Below, piece by piece: positions 19,323 to 28,536 of a stretch of 64,000 nt of DNA. The notes below the pieces were generated by a model, which saw only the letters and a list, made by a program, of their open reading frames with translations, was not told the origin of the DNA and ran no database searches. Both the position numbers and the translations under genes were made by a program. Origin of the DNA: Nitrososphaerota archaeon. GTDB lineage: Archaea; Thermoproteota; Nitrososphaeria_A; Caldarchaeales; Calditenuaceae. Numbering within the stretch: position 1 is the first letter of the stretch; each line of letters opens with the position of its first letter. The DNA lies in contig JBEPYO010000001.1 of assembly GCA_041641295.1 (NCBI GenBank), positions 410,776-474,775 of the forward strand, given 5' to 3'.

Positions 19323-20330
19323 TCACCTATACCTTACAGTGGGGTCTATTAATGGGTAGAGCAGATCGAGCAGAAGCGTGGCGAGCGAGACACCGAGGAT
19401 GGATAGCAGAGATATTCCCATTATCATGTTGTAGTCATTGTTTATTATCGCTTGGTATAATAGACGACCTAGGCCCGGGTATGCGTAGACAACTTCGGTT
19501 AACAGTGCTCCGCTGAAGATTCCACCGAGCGCAAGTCCTAAGGCTGTGGTTTGGGGCATGAGGATGTTCCGGATCAGGTAGCGCCTCAACACAATGCTGT
19601 TGGGCAAACCCTTTAGCTCGGCGTATCTTACATAGTCTTCAGTTTTCTTCTGGCTTGTCAGTGTGAAGGAGGAGAGGAACCACCACCCCAATGCTCCTGG
19701 GATAATAATGGATATTGCTGGGAGTGCCGCGTGCTTTGCCAAGTTCAAAACTAGGTCTAGGCTGAATCCAACCCCAACAATAGTTATCCCACCACCAAGC
19801 GGGAAGATAGGTATCAAGAATGCGAATGTGAACATCAGGACTAGGGCGAGGATGAAGTAGGGCACCGGGTAAAGGACAACGGCCATGCCTGTCAAGACCT
19901 TTGAGAATTTCTTTTGACTGAAGAAGCCTGAAATTGTCCCAATTATGTTTCCAAGCGTCCAAGAGATAAGTACAGAGAATGTAAGTAGGCCGAGGGTCCA
20001 AGGTAGCGCGATGCCTATCAACGTGGCTACGGGGGTTGGAAAGCTCATTATTGATGGACCCAAGTCTAGTGTAAGCAATCGGCGCCAGACGCCTAGATAT
20101 TGCTCAACTGGGTTTCCCCTCAGGCCATATAGCTCGTATAACGTCTGTCTTAGACTCTCAATTGCAGTCGGGTCGTAAAACTGTCCAATCGAGTAGATGA
20201 AACCTATCTGTGCCTCGACGGGGTTGTAGGGGAGTAGTCTTGGTATTACGAAGACTACTGTTACGCCTATCACAACGGTAAGTGCAAAGGCCACAATTCG
20301 TGAAGCAATGAATATAAGCAGCTTGCTCAA
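19323..20330 (-). CDS. ABC transporter permease (DppB/OppB-like)
   Basis: 335 aa with 6 TM helices. It is the first permease of the operon. Confidence 0.8.
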   Translation of the reverse strand: MSKLLIFIASRIVAFALTVVIGVTVVFVIPRLLPYNPVEAQIGFIYSIGQFYDPTAIESLRQTLYELYGLRGNPVEQYLGVWRRLLTLDLGPSIMSFPTPVATLIGIALPWTLGLLTFSVLISWTLGNIIGTISGFFSQKKFSKVLTGMAVVLYPVPYFILALVLMFTFAFLIPIFPLGGGITIVGVGFSLDLVLNLAKHAALPAISIIIPGALGWWFLSSFTLTSQKKTEDYVRYAELKGLPNSIVLRRYLIRNILMPQTTALGLALGGIFSGALLTEVVYAYPGLGRLLYQAIINNDYNMIMGISLLSILGVSLATLLLDLLYPLIDPTVRYR

Positions 20331-20410
20331 GTGCCCCCGTTAATTTAAGAATGACAGCTTGAATATATATGTTGCATGATAAATCGAAAAATAGAAAAAT
20401 TCTGAGATGT

Positions 20411-22621
20411 TTACTGGGCTGGTCTCCTCCGACCTAGTGCTCTGCCAACAGCGATACCGACGACGAGTAATACAATTCCAACAGCCGCAGCAACTCCAGA
20501 CAGCATTCCCCAGTCAACGGCAGTTACGGTCTGCGTCTGCACTTGTGTGACAACCTGTGTTCTCAGCTCAGTTACACGCTGGGTTACTGTCTCTCTCAAC
20601 GTGACGGTTGTAACACCAGCAGCCGGTGGAGGACCGCCTACTAGGCTCTGCCACTCGGCCGCAGAGGCAATCTTGACGAGTGGTGTGTTGGCAACTTGTA
20701 ATGGCTTCGGATCCATTATCGCATCCTTAGTCGGCGCTCTGCCTGTCGGCTTGACCTTCAGTATAACGAAGAGGTGCTGGCTCCACCATGAGACGGGATC
20801 CATGTAGTAGTTTTCTGGGAATGTTGGCCAGTTCTCCCAAGCATATCCGTCTTGGAACGTGTAGAATGGTGTCGGGAAGAATCCGAGCCAAGGCAGGTCT
20901 CTAACCCAGATCTTCAATGCCTCCCTGTAGAGCTCGAAGGCTCTCGGAGAGCTTGGATCCGTCCTCTCGAGCTCATCAACTATTCTATCAAGCTCTGGGA
21001 TGGGGGCATCTTTAGTGTTCCAGCCTGTCCCGTGACCGCCCTCACCCTTCTTCTGGACCCAATACTTGCTACTCCATCTGTTGAACCAGTTGGCGTACAG
21101 GTCGAGTATCTGGCTGCAGCCAGGCCAGAAGGTGCCTACTTGGAAGTCGCCTATGCTGTATGAGGTAGAGAATGGCCCCGACTCTAGTGGAGTCACCTTA
21201 ACATCGATCCCGAATGCCCTCCACTGGTCTGCGACTAGGAACGCTATCCTCTGGCTCTCCATCTCGAAGCCTGAGGTGGTCTTAATCTCTATCGTCCACG
21301 GAGTACCATCGGGCAATAGCCACTTGCCGTCAGGACCTCTCTTGAATCCTTGCGCTGTTAGAAGCTGTTCGGCCTTAGCTAGGTCTTGCTTCCAGAATCC
21401 GAGCACAGGATACTTCTCGACCCACCACGCGTTGTTCTCCCTAGCTATGTCGAGGACCAGTTCTGGGTCATATCCATACTGTTTCAGGTAGTCTAGCAGT
21501 GGTATATAGTATGTCTCGATGTCTGCTGCGTGGGGTATGACTGGGAGGGCAGCAGGTGTTGGTGTGGACTTGTCGATTCCTACGAATGCTCGATATATCG
21601 TTCTGTAGTCGATTGCATAGGCTAGAGCCCATCTTACCTCCCTCTTATCGAAGGGCGGAGTCTTTGTCTGGAAAGCGATACCCTTCACACAGGGGTCAAG
21701 CGGCCATGCGAATGGCGCGCTAGCCCTCCAGCCCTTCAGATACGGGTTATTCTTTATGACGAGCTCCGCCTGCTCGGGAAGCAAAGTCCTCAGAGCGTCC
21801 AACTCGTGCTTAGTCATAGCTAGAGCCTTGGCCTCGTCTGGGCCATGGTTGATGTAGAGGACATATTTCGCAGCAGGAACAACGCCGAAGACCTTTGACC
21901 CCCACCAGTTATCAAACCTCTCCCACAGGAACCAGTTCCCTGCCGGGTCAACAGCCCTCAGGTTGTATGGGCCGGCACATGTAGGCGGATTATCCTCAAA
22001 CTTCTGTGGATCCTTTCCCTGCCAGACATGCTTAGGTAGAATCCCGCTAGCACCGTATATTATCACTGCATAGAAGTAGTGCCATCTCGGGTTCGGTGAG
22101 TTAAGCTCTATTAGAACTGTTAGCCTGTCTAGAGCCCTTGCGTCCTTTACTGACGCCTTCTCGTTTACACCTATTGGAGCGGGAGCCTCTTTAAGATATT
22201 TCAGAGTGAATACGACATCCTCTGCAGTCAAGGGCGTGCCGTCATTCCAGTACACACCATCCCGCAGCTTCACGATTAGACTGGTGAAGTCTGGCGAGTA
22301 GATCGGCGGCTCGGCCGCGATCCAGGGAATCAACATGCTGTTAGATGTGTTGATGTACCATAGGAAAGCCTTACAGAGCTGCTGATAGCCGCTCCCACCA
22401 GGCGCAATAGACGCAGGACCCACACCAGGTGAGGCTATCGGGTTCCAGTTATTGGGGTTGGCATAGGTTCCCCAGTGGTTCTCAATTACTAGGACATCGC
22501 CCCGTGGGACACCGGCCGGCAGTGGCAGCTGGCCATAGCTAACCGGCACTGCGGAGAGGGCCAGAGCGGCAACAAGCACCAGCGCGGCGGATATAGCTAT
22601 ATAGGACGTTTTCCTGTTCAT
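20411..22621 (-). CDS. ABC transporter substrate-binding protein (family 5, Opp-like; probably for beta-glucoside/oligosaccharide) with a C-terminal Thr/Val/Gln-rich stalk and TM anchor
   Basis: The start was moved to the internal ATG at 22621 (MNRKTSYIAISAALVLVAALALSAVP). This gives a signal peptide and places a perfect TATA box about 26-33 nt upstream. The SBP_bac_5-like body ends in a TVTLRETVTQRVTELRTQVVTQVQTQTVTAV stalk plus TM helix, which is archaeal-type anchoring. Confidence 0.8.
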   Translation of the reverse strand: MNRKTSYIAISAALVLVAALALSAVPVSYGQLPLPAGVPRGDVLVIENHWGTYANPNNWNPIASPGVGPASIAPGGSGYQQLCKAFLWYINTSNSMLIPWIAAEPPIYSPDFTSLIVKLRDGVYWNDGTPLTAEDVVFTLKYLKEAPAPIGVNEKASVKDARALDRLTVLIELNSPNPRWHYFYAVIIYGASGILPKHVWQGKDPQKFEDNPPTCAGPYNLRAVDPAGNWFLWERFDNWWGSKVFGVVPAAKYVLYINHGPDEAKALAMTKHELDALRTLLPEQAELVIKNNPYLKGWRASAPFAWPLDPCVKGIAFQTKTPPFDKREVRWALAYAIDYRTIYRAFVGIDKSTPTPAALPVIPHAADIETYYIPLLDYLKQYGYDPELVLDIARENNAWWVEKYPVLGFWKQDLAKAEQLLTAQGFKRGPDGKWLLPDGTPWTIEIKTTSGFEMESQRIAFLVADQWRAFGIDVKVTPLESGPFSTSYSIGDFQVGTFWPGCSQILDLYANWFNRWSSKYWVQKKGEGGHGTGWNTKDAPIPELDRIVDELERTDPSSPRAFELYREALKIWVRDLPWLGFFPTPFYTFQDGYAWENWPTFPENYYMDPVSWWSQHLFVILKVKPTGRAPTKDAIMDPKPLQVANTPLVKIASAAEWQSLVGGPPPAAGVTTVTLRETVTQRVTELRTQVVTQVQTQTVTAVDWGMLSGVAAAVGIVLLVVGIAVGRALGRRRPAQ

Positions 22622-22646
22622 GCGGTAAGAACTGAGTATTGGAAGC

Positions 22647-22656
22647 ATATAAATCT
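22647..22656 (-). promoter_or_regulatory. TATA box (minus-strand GATTTATATG) for the sugar ABC transporter operon, consistent with a leaderless mRNA
   Basis: Plus-strand catataaatc at 22647..22656 reads TTTATATG on the minus strand, 26-35 nt upstream of the ATG at 22621, with a purine-rich BRE-like flank. Confidence 0.4.
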
Positions 22657-22795
22657 TTTCGGATACACCATAAATTTTACCATCCAAATCCATTCGCATG
22701 CCATGCTATTTCATGCACATCTATAGCTATAATTCTCAAAAATTATTAATAAGCACCATAATCTAGAATTTTTGCTGTGAGAGGGGAGCGCGTAT

Positions 22796-24304
22796 ATGCT
22801 CAGGCGTGATTTTATGTGGGGTTTTTCCGAGGCGGGCTTCCAGTTTGAGATGGGCTACAGCGATGCGGCGATAGATAGGGGAACCGACTGGTATGTCTGG
22901 GTTACGGACCCGTTTAACATAATGAATAGGGTTGTCAGCGGAGATAGGCCTGAGGATGGGCCGGGCTACTGGGATCTCTACAAGCAGGATCATAAACTGA
23001 TAGCGGAGCTTGGAGCGAACACGATGAGGATTGGGATAGAGTGGAGCAGAATCTTCCCAAAAACAACCCACGAAGTCAAGGCAAAATCAACAATCGAGAA
23101 CGGAATAGTGAAGGATGTCGAGATACCTGCAGAGAGTGAGGGGGAGCTTGAAAGGCTGGCCAACATGGATGCACTCAACCACTACCGCGAGATGATAAGG
23201 GATATGAAGGACAGGGGCTTCAAGGTAATAGTAAACCTAAACCATTTCACACTACCGATTTGGGTTCACGACCCGCTCCGAGCAAGGGCTTCAGCCCTCA
23301 GGGAGGGGCCATTGGGCTGGGTGGATACTGCCAATGTTGTGGAGTTTGTGAAATATGCACACTTCGTAGGCTCTAAGCTCGCCGACCTTGTTGACATGTG
23401 GAGCACCTTCAACGAGCCATATGTTGTCTCAGATATTGGCTATGGCCGCTACCCGTCCGAGTATGCCTTCCCGCCCGGATTCTTCAGCATCGAGGGACTG
23501 ACCAAAGCGCGGCTAAACCTGCTAATGGCACACGCCCGAGGATACGATGAATTGAAGAAGGTCCTAGGGAAAAACTCGCAAGTAGGAATAATCTATGCGA
23601 CATCAGCAGTCGAGCCATTCAACAAGGACAGCGACGCCGACAAGGCCGCCGCCGAAAAGATGAACCATTTCTCCAACCTCTGGTTCTTCGAGACACTGAG
23701 TAGGGGAGAGTTAGACCGCTCGATGCTCGGTCTACAACCTGCAGAGAAGGTACCAGAACTCAAGGACAAGTTCGACTGGATAGGAGTAAACTACTATTCG
23801 CGACTTGTGGTGAGGGCTTCGGCGATACCGGGCCTCCCCCTGCCATGGACCGTTGTTCCCGGGTATGGGTTTGCCTGTGAGCCGGCCTCGTTCTCGCTGG
23901 CTGGGAGGCCTACCTCAGAGTTTGGTTGGGAAATCTACCCAGAGGGTCTTCGGAACGTCTTACTCATGCTTCAGAGATATGGGAAGCCCATGATAGTAAC
24001 TGAGAACGGAACGGCCGACAGGTATGACAGGATTAGGCCACAGTTCCTGTTCTCCCACATAGCTGCGGTGGAAGATGCCGTCAAGAATGGGGCGGATGTC
24101 AGAGGGTATCTGCACTGGAGCTACATAGACAACTTTGAGTGGGCACGCGGGTTCGCTATGAGGTTCGGCGTAATCACCTACGACTCCTCTACTAAGAAGA
24201 GGAGGCCACGCCCATCATACTATATTCTACGCGACATAATACAGCAAAATGGCTTGGACGAGAAGATGCGAGACACTGCAGAGCTACTCTATACTCCTCG
24301 CTGA
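22796..24304 (+). CDS. lacS: glycoside hydrolase family 1 beta-glycosidase (LacS-like beta-glucosidase/beta-galactosidase)
   Basis: Near-collinear similarity to Sulfolobus LacS in DALNHYREMIRDMKDRGFKVIVNLNHFTLPIWVHDP. Acid/base motif TFNEP and nucleophile motif VTENG are present. The C-terminal DVRGYLHWSYIDNFEWARGF block also matches. Confidence 0.9.
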   Translation: MLRRDFMWGFSEAGFQFEMGYSDAAIDRGTDWYVWVTDPFNIMNRVVSGDRPEDGPGYWDLYKQDHKLIAELGANTMRIGIEWSRIFPKTTHEVKAKSTIENGIVKDVEIPAESEGELERLANMDALNHYREMIRDMKDRGFKVIVNLNHFTLPIWVHDPLRARASALREGPLGWVDTANVVEFVKYAHFVGSKLADLVDMWSTFNEPYVVSDIGYGRYPSEYAFPPGFFSIEGLTKARLNLLMAHARGYDELKKVLGKNSQVGIIYATSAVEPFNKDSDADKAAAEKMNHFSNLWFFETLSRGELDRSMLGLQPAEKVPELKDKFDWIGVNYYSRLVVRASAIPGLPLPWTVVPGYGFACEPASFSLAGRPTSEFGWEIYPEGLRNVLLMLQRYGKPMIVTENGTADRYDRIRPQFLFSHIAAVEDAVKNGADVRGYLHWSYIDNFEWARGFAMRFGVITYDSSTKKRRPRPSYYILRDIIQQNGLDEKMRDTAELLYTPR

Positions 24305-24645
24305 CCAAGAACACCCACCTCAACGGATTTTTACAGAGCTCGTCGCTTGCTTAGCCGATATTATCCGATTTTATGGATAATGGCTACTAGGTTCCAAACA
24401 TTCACCGACTGGGAGGATAATCCTAGTATTGCTTTAGTCTCAGGTGTTATCCCTTCCATCCTTGCTTGTCTCTCGCCTAGAAGCGCTGGAAAAACTGCCG
24501 CAGCCCCCTAACCTCCTCCAGCACCTCGTGAGATATCTTAATCGACAGAGCCTGAGTTCCTTTCAAGAGTCGTCTAATCTGAAACTCTAATGCGTCGAGA
24601 GGGGCTGTATTTTGGGAGGGTGGAACCCTGTCTACCGTTACTTTG

Positions 24646-25044
24646 CTATCTGTAGCTCTTTTGCTTGAAGCGTCGTGCTGACCGCCTGTTGGGTTTTTTC
24701 GGCTCTGTCCTTCTGGGGTCGCCGACGAGCAGGTGTCTATCAAGTGATATTATCTTCTCTTTTAGGGCTGCGCTGGCTGCTGCCATTGCGCGGGCGATAG
24801 CCATTGCGCAGGCCTCGGCCTGGCCCATGACCCCTCCTCCCCTGACCTTTATCAGGAAGTCGTGTTTCTTCGCGAATTTCTCGTCGAGCCTCAGAGGCGC
24901 TAGTATCTTTTCCCGGGCAAGGGAGTTGGGTAGGTGGTCTAGGAGCATGCCGTTTATAAATATCCTGCCTGTCCCCGGCCTAAGAAGTAGCCTCGCCTTC
25001 GCCTCTTTCCTGAAGCCTGTGAATATTGTCTCGGCCTTGACCAT
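24646..25044 (-). CDS. rps9: 30S ribosomal protein S9 (uS9)
   Basis: Core VRGGGVMGQAEACAMAIARAM and a basic C-terminal tail ending RRFKQKSYR. Confidence 0.85.
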   Translation of the reverse strand: MVKAETIFTGFRKEAKARLLLRPGTGRIFINGMLLDHLPNSLAREKILAPLRLDEKFAKKHDFLIKVRGGGVMGQAEACAMAIARAMAAASAALKEKIISLDRHLLVGDPRRTEPKKPNRRSARRFKQKSYR

Positions 25045-25103
25045 TCTCTGCTAAGAGGATTGTTTGGGGCCCCAACTTATATAGATTCGTCGCTTATGTT
25101 CTG

Positions 25104-25526
25104 TTGGTTTTGGCTGAGCCAGGTTGGGATGAGCGTGTTGAGGCATGGCTCTCAAAACAGACCCGCATCTTACAGGATATTTTCCCTGCGCGGAGAGCCT
25201 CGATAAGGGAGCTTCTAGGCCAGCCGAGACCCTACGTGGAGACTAGAGGTGGGGGGCGGCACTATTTTTCCAGAAGAGATCTGGAGGAGGCTGCTTCGAA
25301 GCTGCCCGCCGAGCTCTTGGATGCTCCCATCTTTCCAATTGTCTTCGCTAGGGGTGAGGCCGAGGACCTATACCTAGTTAGGGGGGCGGAGGCGGCGGCC
25401 GCGTTTGCGAAGCTCTCGGATCTCAGAGGTTTGGACCGCCTTCCTACGGGCGAGTTCTACACGTATAAGTCGCTTGTCCTACACTTCTTATCGAGATATC
25501 CGTCTCTGGGAATAATTACTGGATAG
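25104..25526 (+). CDS. conserved hypothetical protein
   Basis: 140-aa ORF, divergent from rps9, with good codon periodicity. No recognisable catalytic motif. Confidence 0.35.
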   Translation: MVLAEPGWDERVEAWLSKQTRILQDIFPARRASIRELLGQPRPYVETRGGGRHYFSRRDLEEAASKLPAELLDAPIFPIVFARGEAEDLYLVRGAEAAAAFAKLSDLRGLDRLPTGEFYTYKSLVLHFLSRYPSLGIITG

Positions 25527-25544
25527 TTTGGTGGAGGCTGTCTT

Positions 25545-26483
25545 TCAGCGGTAGTCTTCGTGCCTGACTATGTTTAGTGGCTTCTCGCCTTTCAGATATC
25601 TTACAACATTTTCGACGGCCTGCCGCAGCATCTCTTCATAGGTTTCCCTGGAGCTGGCCGCCCCAGCTACCCAAGGCGTGGAGAGGGTGTTAGGGAGTGA
25701 GTATACGTCAGAGTCCTCTGATGGGCTTCGAATATTCCACCAGACATCGTTCGCGAATATGAATGAGGGGTTCTCCTTGAGGAATCTCACTAGGTCCTCC
25801 TTGACCACTATGGGCGCTCTACCCACGTTTACTAGTATCCCGTCACGCTTCATGAGGCACAATCTCTCATAAGTTATGAGGCCGCGGGTGTGCTTGGTGA
25901 GGGGCAGGGCTATTACGGCGTAGTCGCACCCCTTCAACGCCTCGTCGATCCTCTCAGGAGGGTAGAACTCGTCTACTACAGCCCCACTCCTGAGAGACCT
26001 ACCGTAGCCCACAACATGCATCTTGAACGCCTTAGCAATCTCAGCCACCCTAGTGCCGATCGCACCGAGCCCGAGAATGCATATTCTTCGCCCGTGAAGC
26101 ATTTTCGACTCTCCTACAACTTCAAAGTTTCCACCCCTAACCCGCTGGTCAAAGAAAGTTATGCGTTTCGCAGCAGCTAACAGCAGTGCGAACGCGTGCT
26201 CCGCGACTGCGTCCGCGTTTGACCCCACATTGCTAGCCACGGTCACGTCCTCTCGTATGTGGCTCCAGGGAAGGGAGTCAACACCTGCATAGACACACTG
26301 TATGAATCGCAGATTCTTCATGGCATCGAGATCCTGCCCCGTGACGGGCCCGCAGAGCAAGACGGTCACGCGGCTTAGGTCTGGTGCGCCACCCTCCCCC
26401 ACCTCGTACACTTCGGCATAGTCCTCGATCATGCGTCTGAGTTCCGGCTTCAGCTTAACCGTGCTGTACACCACCTGTTTCAA
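25545..26483 (-). CDS. D-isomer-specific 2-hydroxyacid dehydrogenase (glyoxylate/hydroxypyruvate reductase-like)
   Basis: NAD-binding GLGAIGTRVA. Catalytic-domain motifs are typical of the D-2-HADH family, and the size (312 aa) fits. Confidence 0.8.
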   Translation of the reverse strand: MKQVVYSTVKLKPELRRMIEDYAEVYEVGEGGAPDLSRVTVLLCGPVTGQDLDAMKNLRFIQCVYAGVDSLPWSHIREDVTVASNVGSNADAVAEHAFALLLAAAKRITFFDQRVRGGNFEVVGESKMLHGRRICILGLGAIGTRVAEIAKAFKMHVVGYGRSLRSGAVVDEFYPPERIDEALKGCDYAVIALPLTKHTRGLITYERLCLMKRDGILVNVGRAPIVVKEDLVRFLKENPSFIFANDVWWNIRSPSEDSDVYSLPNTLSTPWVAGAASSRETYEEMLRQAVENVVRYLKGEKPLNIVRHEDYR

Positions 26484-26549
26484 TTCGAGGGACTAGGAAT
26501 AGCCGGCCGTGATATATTTAATCCTAGACTAGTGGCTGATCTTTTCTCC

Positions 26550-26621
26550 CGGGCCCGGTGGGATTCGAACCCACGACCTTCCGGTTAACAGCCGGGCGCT
26601 CTACCACTGAGCTACGGGCCC
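26550..26621 (-). tRNA. tRNA-Asn (anticodon GTT)
   Basis: The reverse complement folds as a canonical cloverleaf. Acceptor GGGCCCG/CGGGCCC, D-arm GCTC-AGTGGTA-GAGC, anticodon stem CCCGG/CCGGA with loop CTGTTAA, T-arm GTGGG-TTCGAAT-CCCAC, discriminator G. 72 nt with no encoded CCA. Confidence 0.85.
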
Positions 26622-26641
26622 AAGGAACGTCCGCTGGTGGT

Positions 26642-26653
26642 GTTATATTTACC
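26642..26653 (-). promoter_or_regulatory. candidate TATA box for tRNA-Asn (minus-strand GGTAAATATAAC)
   Basis: TAAATATA lies about 21-29 nt upstream of the tRNA 5' end at 26621. It overlaps the 3' end of the coaBC coding region. Confidence 0.35.
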
Positions 26654-26660
26654 TAACATG

Positions 26661-27893
26661 CTATGTCAATCCCTTCTCGGCCAAGTAGAGCTTCGCTATG
26701 TTTCGGGCGACTGTTGATTTTCTGGCCTTTGATATCGGGTAGATTTTTCCTGACCGTCCGACTACTGTCACCTCGTTGAATGCTGAGGCGAAGCCGATGT
26801 CCCTGCGGGAGACGTCGTTGACAACGACCATCAGTGGGTTTAGATGGGATAGGCTCTCTACAACCTTCGCCAAGCCTTCGCCTAGCCCGTAGGCTGCCTT
26901 GAAAGGTATAATCTCGATCTCTGGGAACTTCTTCCTGACTGAATCGAGTATCTTGGGTGTCGCCTCAAGTTCTAAGACAATCTTGGGGTGGGTGGCGGTC
27001 TCGATCTTCTCGTCGATTGTGCGGACTGGTTTGTAGTCTGCTACGGCCGCTGCCGAGAAGAATGCTTCTGCCCCTTCCGCCTCTTCTAAGACAGCCTTCT
27101 CCATCTCTTTGCTCGACTCGACTCTTCTGACCTTGAGGCCTGTGGGAGGTTCGATGTGTGTGGGGCCCAGCACCAGAGAGACCTCGCCTCCAAGCATCCG
27201 CAGACTTCTAGCCATCTCGATGCCCATCAACCCGCTACTAGGGTTTGAGATGTAGCGAACCCTGTCAATGTATTCTCGAGTAGGCCCGGCGCTCACTACG
27301 AAGCGCCTACCCTTTAATGGCTTGGGAGAAAGATGGTAGATAACCTCGTCAACTATGTGCGTCTCGGGGGCCAGCTTGGCCTTTGACTCCTCCACCACCG
27401 GCTCAACTACCCCAACCCCCATTTCTTTTAGACGTCTAAGCGATTCCACCACAGCTGGATTATTCGTCATGGAGGCGTGCATCGCTGGCGCAACCACGAC
27501 CGGAATCCTAGACCCGAGCGCGGCGGAGCATACAAGTGTGACTGGATTGTCTGAGACTCCCAGACTCATTTTGACGAGGGTGTTCGCGGTGGCCGGTGCG
27601 ACTAACACTAGGTCCACCCGTCCCTTCCCCTCTGTAAGCTCGACGTGCTCCACACGGCCACCTATCTCGACTATGGGAGTGTTTCCAGTGGCCCACTCCA
27701 TTAGTTGGGGGTTTAGCAGTTTAGAAGCGTCAGGTGTCATTACTGGAATGACGTCGGCGCCGTGCCTGATTAGGGCCCTCGCGATGTCTGGAGCCCTGTA
27801 TACTGAGATGCTCCCAGTTAGACAGTGGGCTATACGCAGGCCCGAAAGCTCGTCTCCCCATGACCCTCGAATCGAATCGCCCGACTCACTCAT
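26661..27893 (-). CDS. coaBC: bifunctional phosphopantothenoylcysteine decarboxylase/phosphopantothenate-cysteine ligase
   Basis: 410 aa. The N-terminal flavoprotein domain (AHCLTGSISVYRAPDIARAL) is followed by a DFP/CoaB domain with the typical glycine-rich nucleotide loop. Confidence 0.85.
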   Translation of the reverse strand: MSESGDSIRGSWGDELSGLRIAHCLTGSISVYRAPDIARALIRHGADVIPVMTPDASKLLNPQLMEWATGNTPIVEIGGRVEHVELTEGKGRVDLVLVAPATANTLVKMSLGVSDNPVTLVCSAALGSRIPVVVAPAMHASMTNNPAVVESLRRLKEMGVGVVEPVVEESKAKLAPETHIVDEVIYHLSPKPLKGRRFVVSAGPTREYIDRVRYISNPSSGLMGIEMARSLRMLGGEVSLVLGPTHIEPPTGLKVRRVESSKEMEKAVLEEAEGAEAFFSAAAVADYKPVRTIDEKIETATHPKIVLELEATPKILDSVRKKFPEIEIIPFKAAYGLGEGLAKVVESLSHLNPLMVVVNDVSRRDIGFASAFNEVTVVGRSGKIYPISKARKSTVARNIAKLYLAEKGLT

Positions 27894-27936
27894 CCATAAG
27901 ACAATGGTCGTGGAACTCTAAATATCCTCTTCTCAG

Positions 27937-28536
27937 CTATCTCTTGGCGGTTTTGAGAAAGTTTTCCAGTATTTTGTGCCCCTCCTCCGTCATTATTGAC
28001 TCTGGGTGGAATTGGACGCCGTAGATTGGATACTTCCTGTGCTCTAGGGCCATTATCTCGGCGTCGTCTAGGGCGACGGCCGTGATCTCCAAGGCTTCTG
28101 GGAGCGGGGGCTTGACAGCCAGTGAATGGTAGCGGGCGACTCGGAGTGGGTTCTTAACGGCTTCGAAGATTCCCGAGCCGCTATGCCGCACCATACTCAC
28201 CTTCCCGTGCATCAGCCTAGAAGCCCTTTCTACCCGCCCTCCAAAGACACAGACAATCCCCTGATGCCCAAGGCACACTCCCAGAACTGGGCGCTCCTTA
28301 CCCATCTCCAAGATAATGTCGCCTGAGACGCCGAAGAACCTCCTATCAGCTGGATGGCCTGGCCCGGGTGATATGATGATCGCATCGGGGTCGAGTTTGA
28401 AGGCCTCCTCGAGGGTCAGCTTATTGTTTCTGAAGACTATTGGGTATGAGCCCAGCTCTCCGAGATACTGGACTATATTGTAGACAAATGAGTCGAAGTT
28501 ATCTATCACCAGCACCTTTAGCACCATCACCCTCAC
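27937..28536 (-). CDS. trpG: anthranilate/aminodeoxychorismate synthase glutamine amidotransferase component (TrpG/PabA)
   Basis: Class I GATase with catalytic GVCLGHQ and C-terminal His/Glu. 199 aa. Confidence 0.8.
   Translation of the reverse strand: MRVMVLKVLVIDNFDSFVYNIVQYLGELGSYPIVFRNNKLTLEEAFKLDPDAIIISPGPGHPADRRFFGVSGDIILEMGKERPVLGVCLGHQGIVCVFGGRVERASRLMHGKVSMVRHSGSGIFEAVKNPLRVARYHSLAVKPPLPEALEITAVALDDAEIMALEHRKYPIYGVQFHPESIMTEEGHKILENFLKTAKR

Noticed and set aside
18826-19359. 177-aa plus-strand ORF across the ABC permease genes
   Set aside because: It is antisense to two adjacent, well-formed permease CDS.
22700-22795. AT-rich 96-bp segment considered as a possible small RNA or mobile-element scar
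   Set aside because: It is best explained as the bidirectional promoter region between the divergent sugar-transporter operon and the GH1 gene, with a TATA box correctly spaced from the SBP start.
24477-25054. ORFs 24477..24743 (-) and 24665..25054 (+) around rps9
   Set aside because: The plus-strand ORF is antisense to S9. The minus-strand ORF overlaps the S9 3' end out of frame. Its only plausible start would leave a 27-aa peptide, and it does not match RpoN/RpoK, which often follow S9.
27355-27921. 188-aa plus-strand ORF inside coaBC
   Set aside because: It is antisense to a CDS with flavoprotein and DFP-domain signatures.
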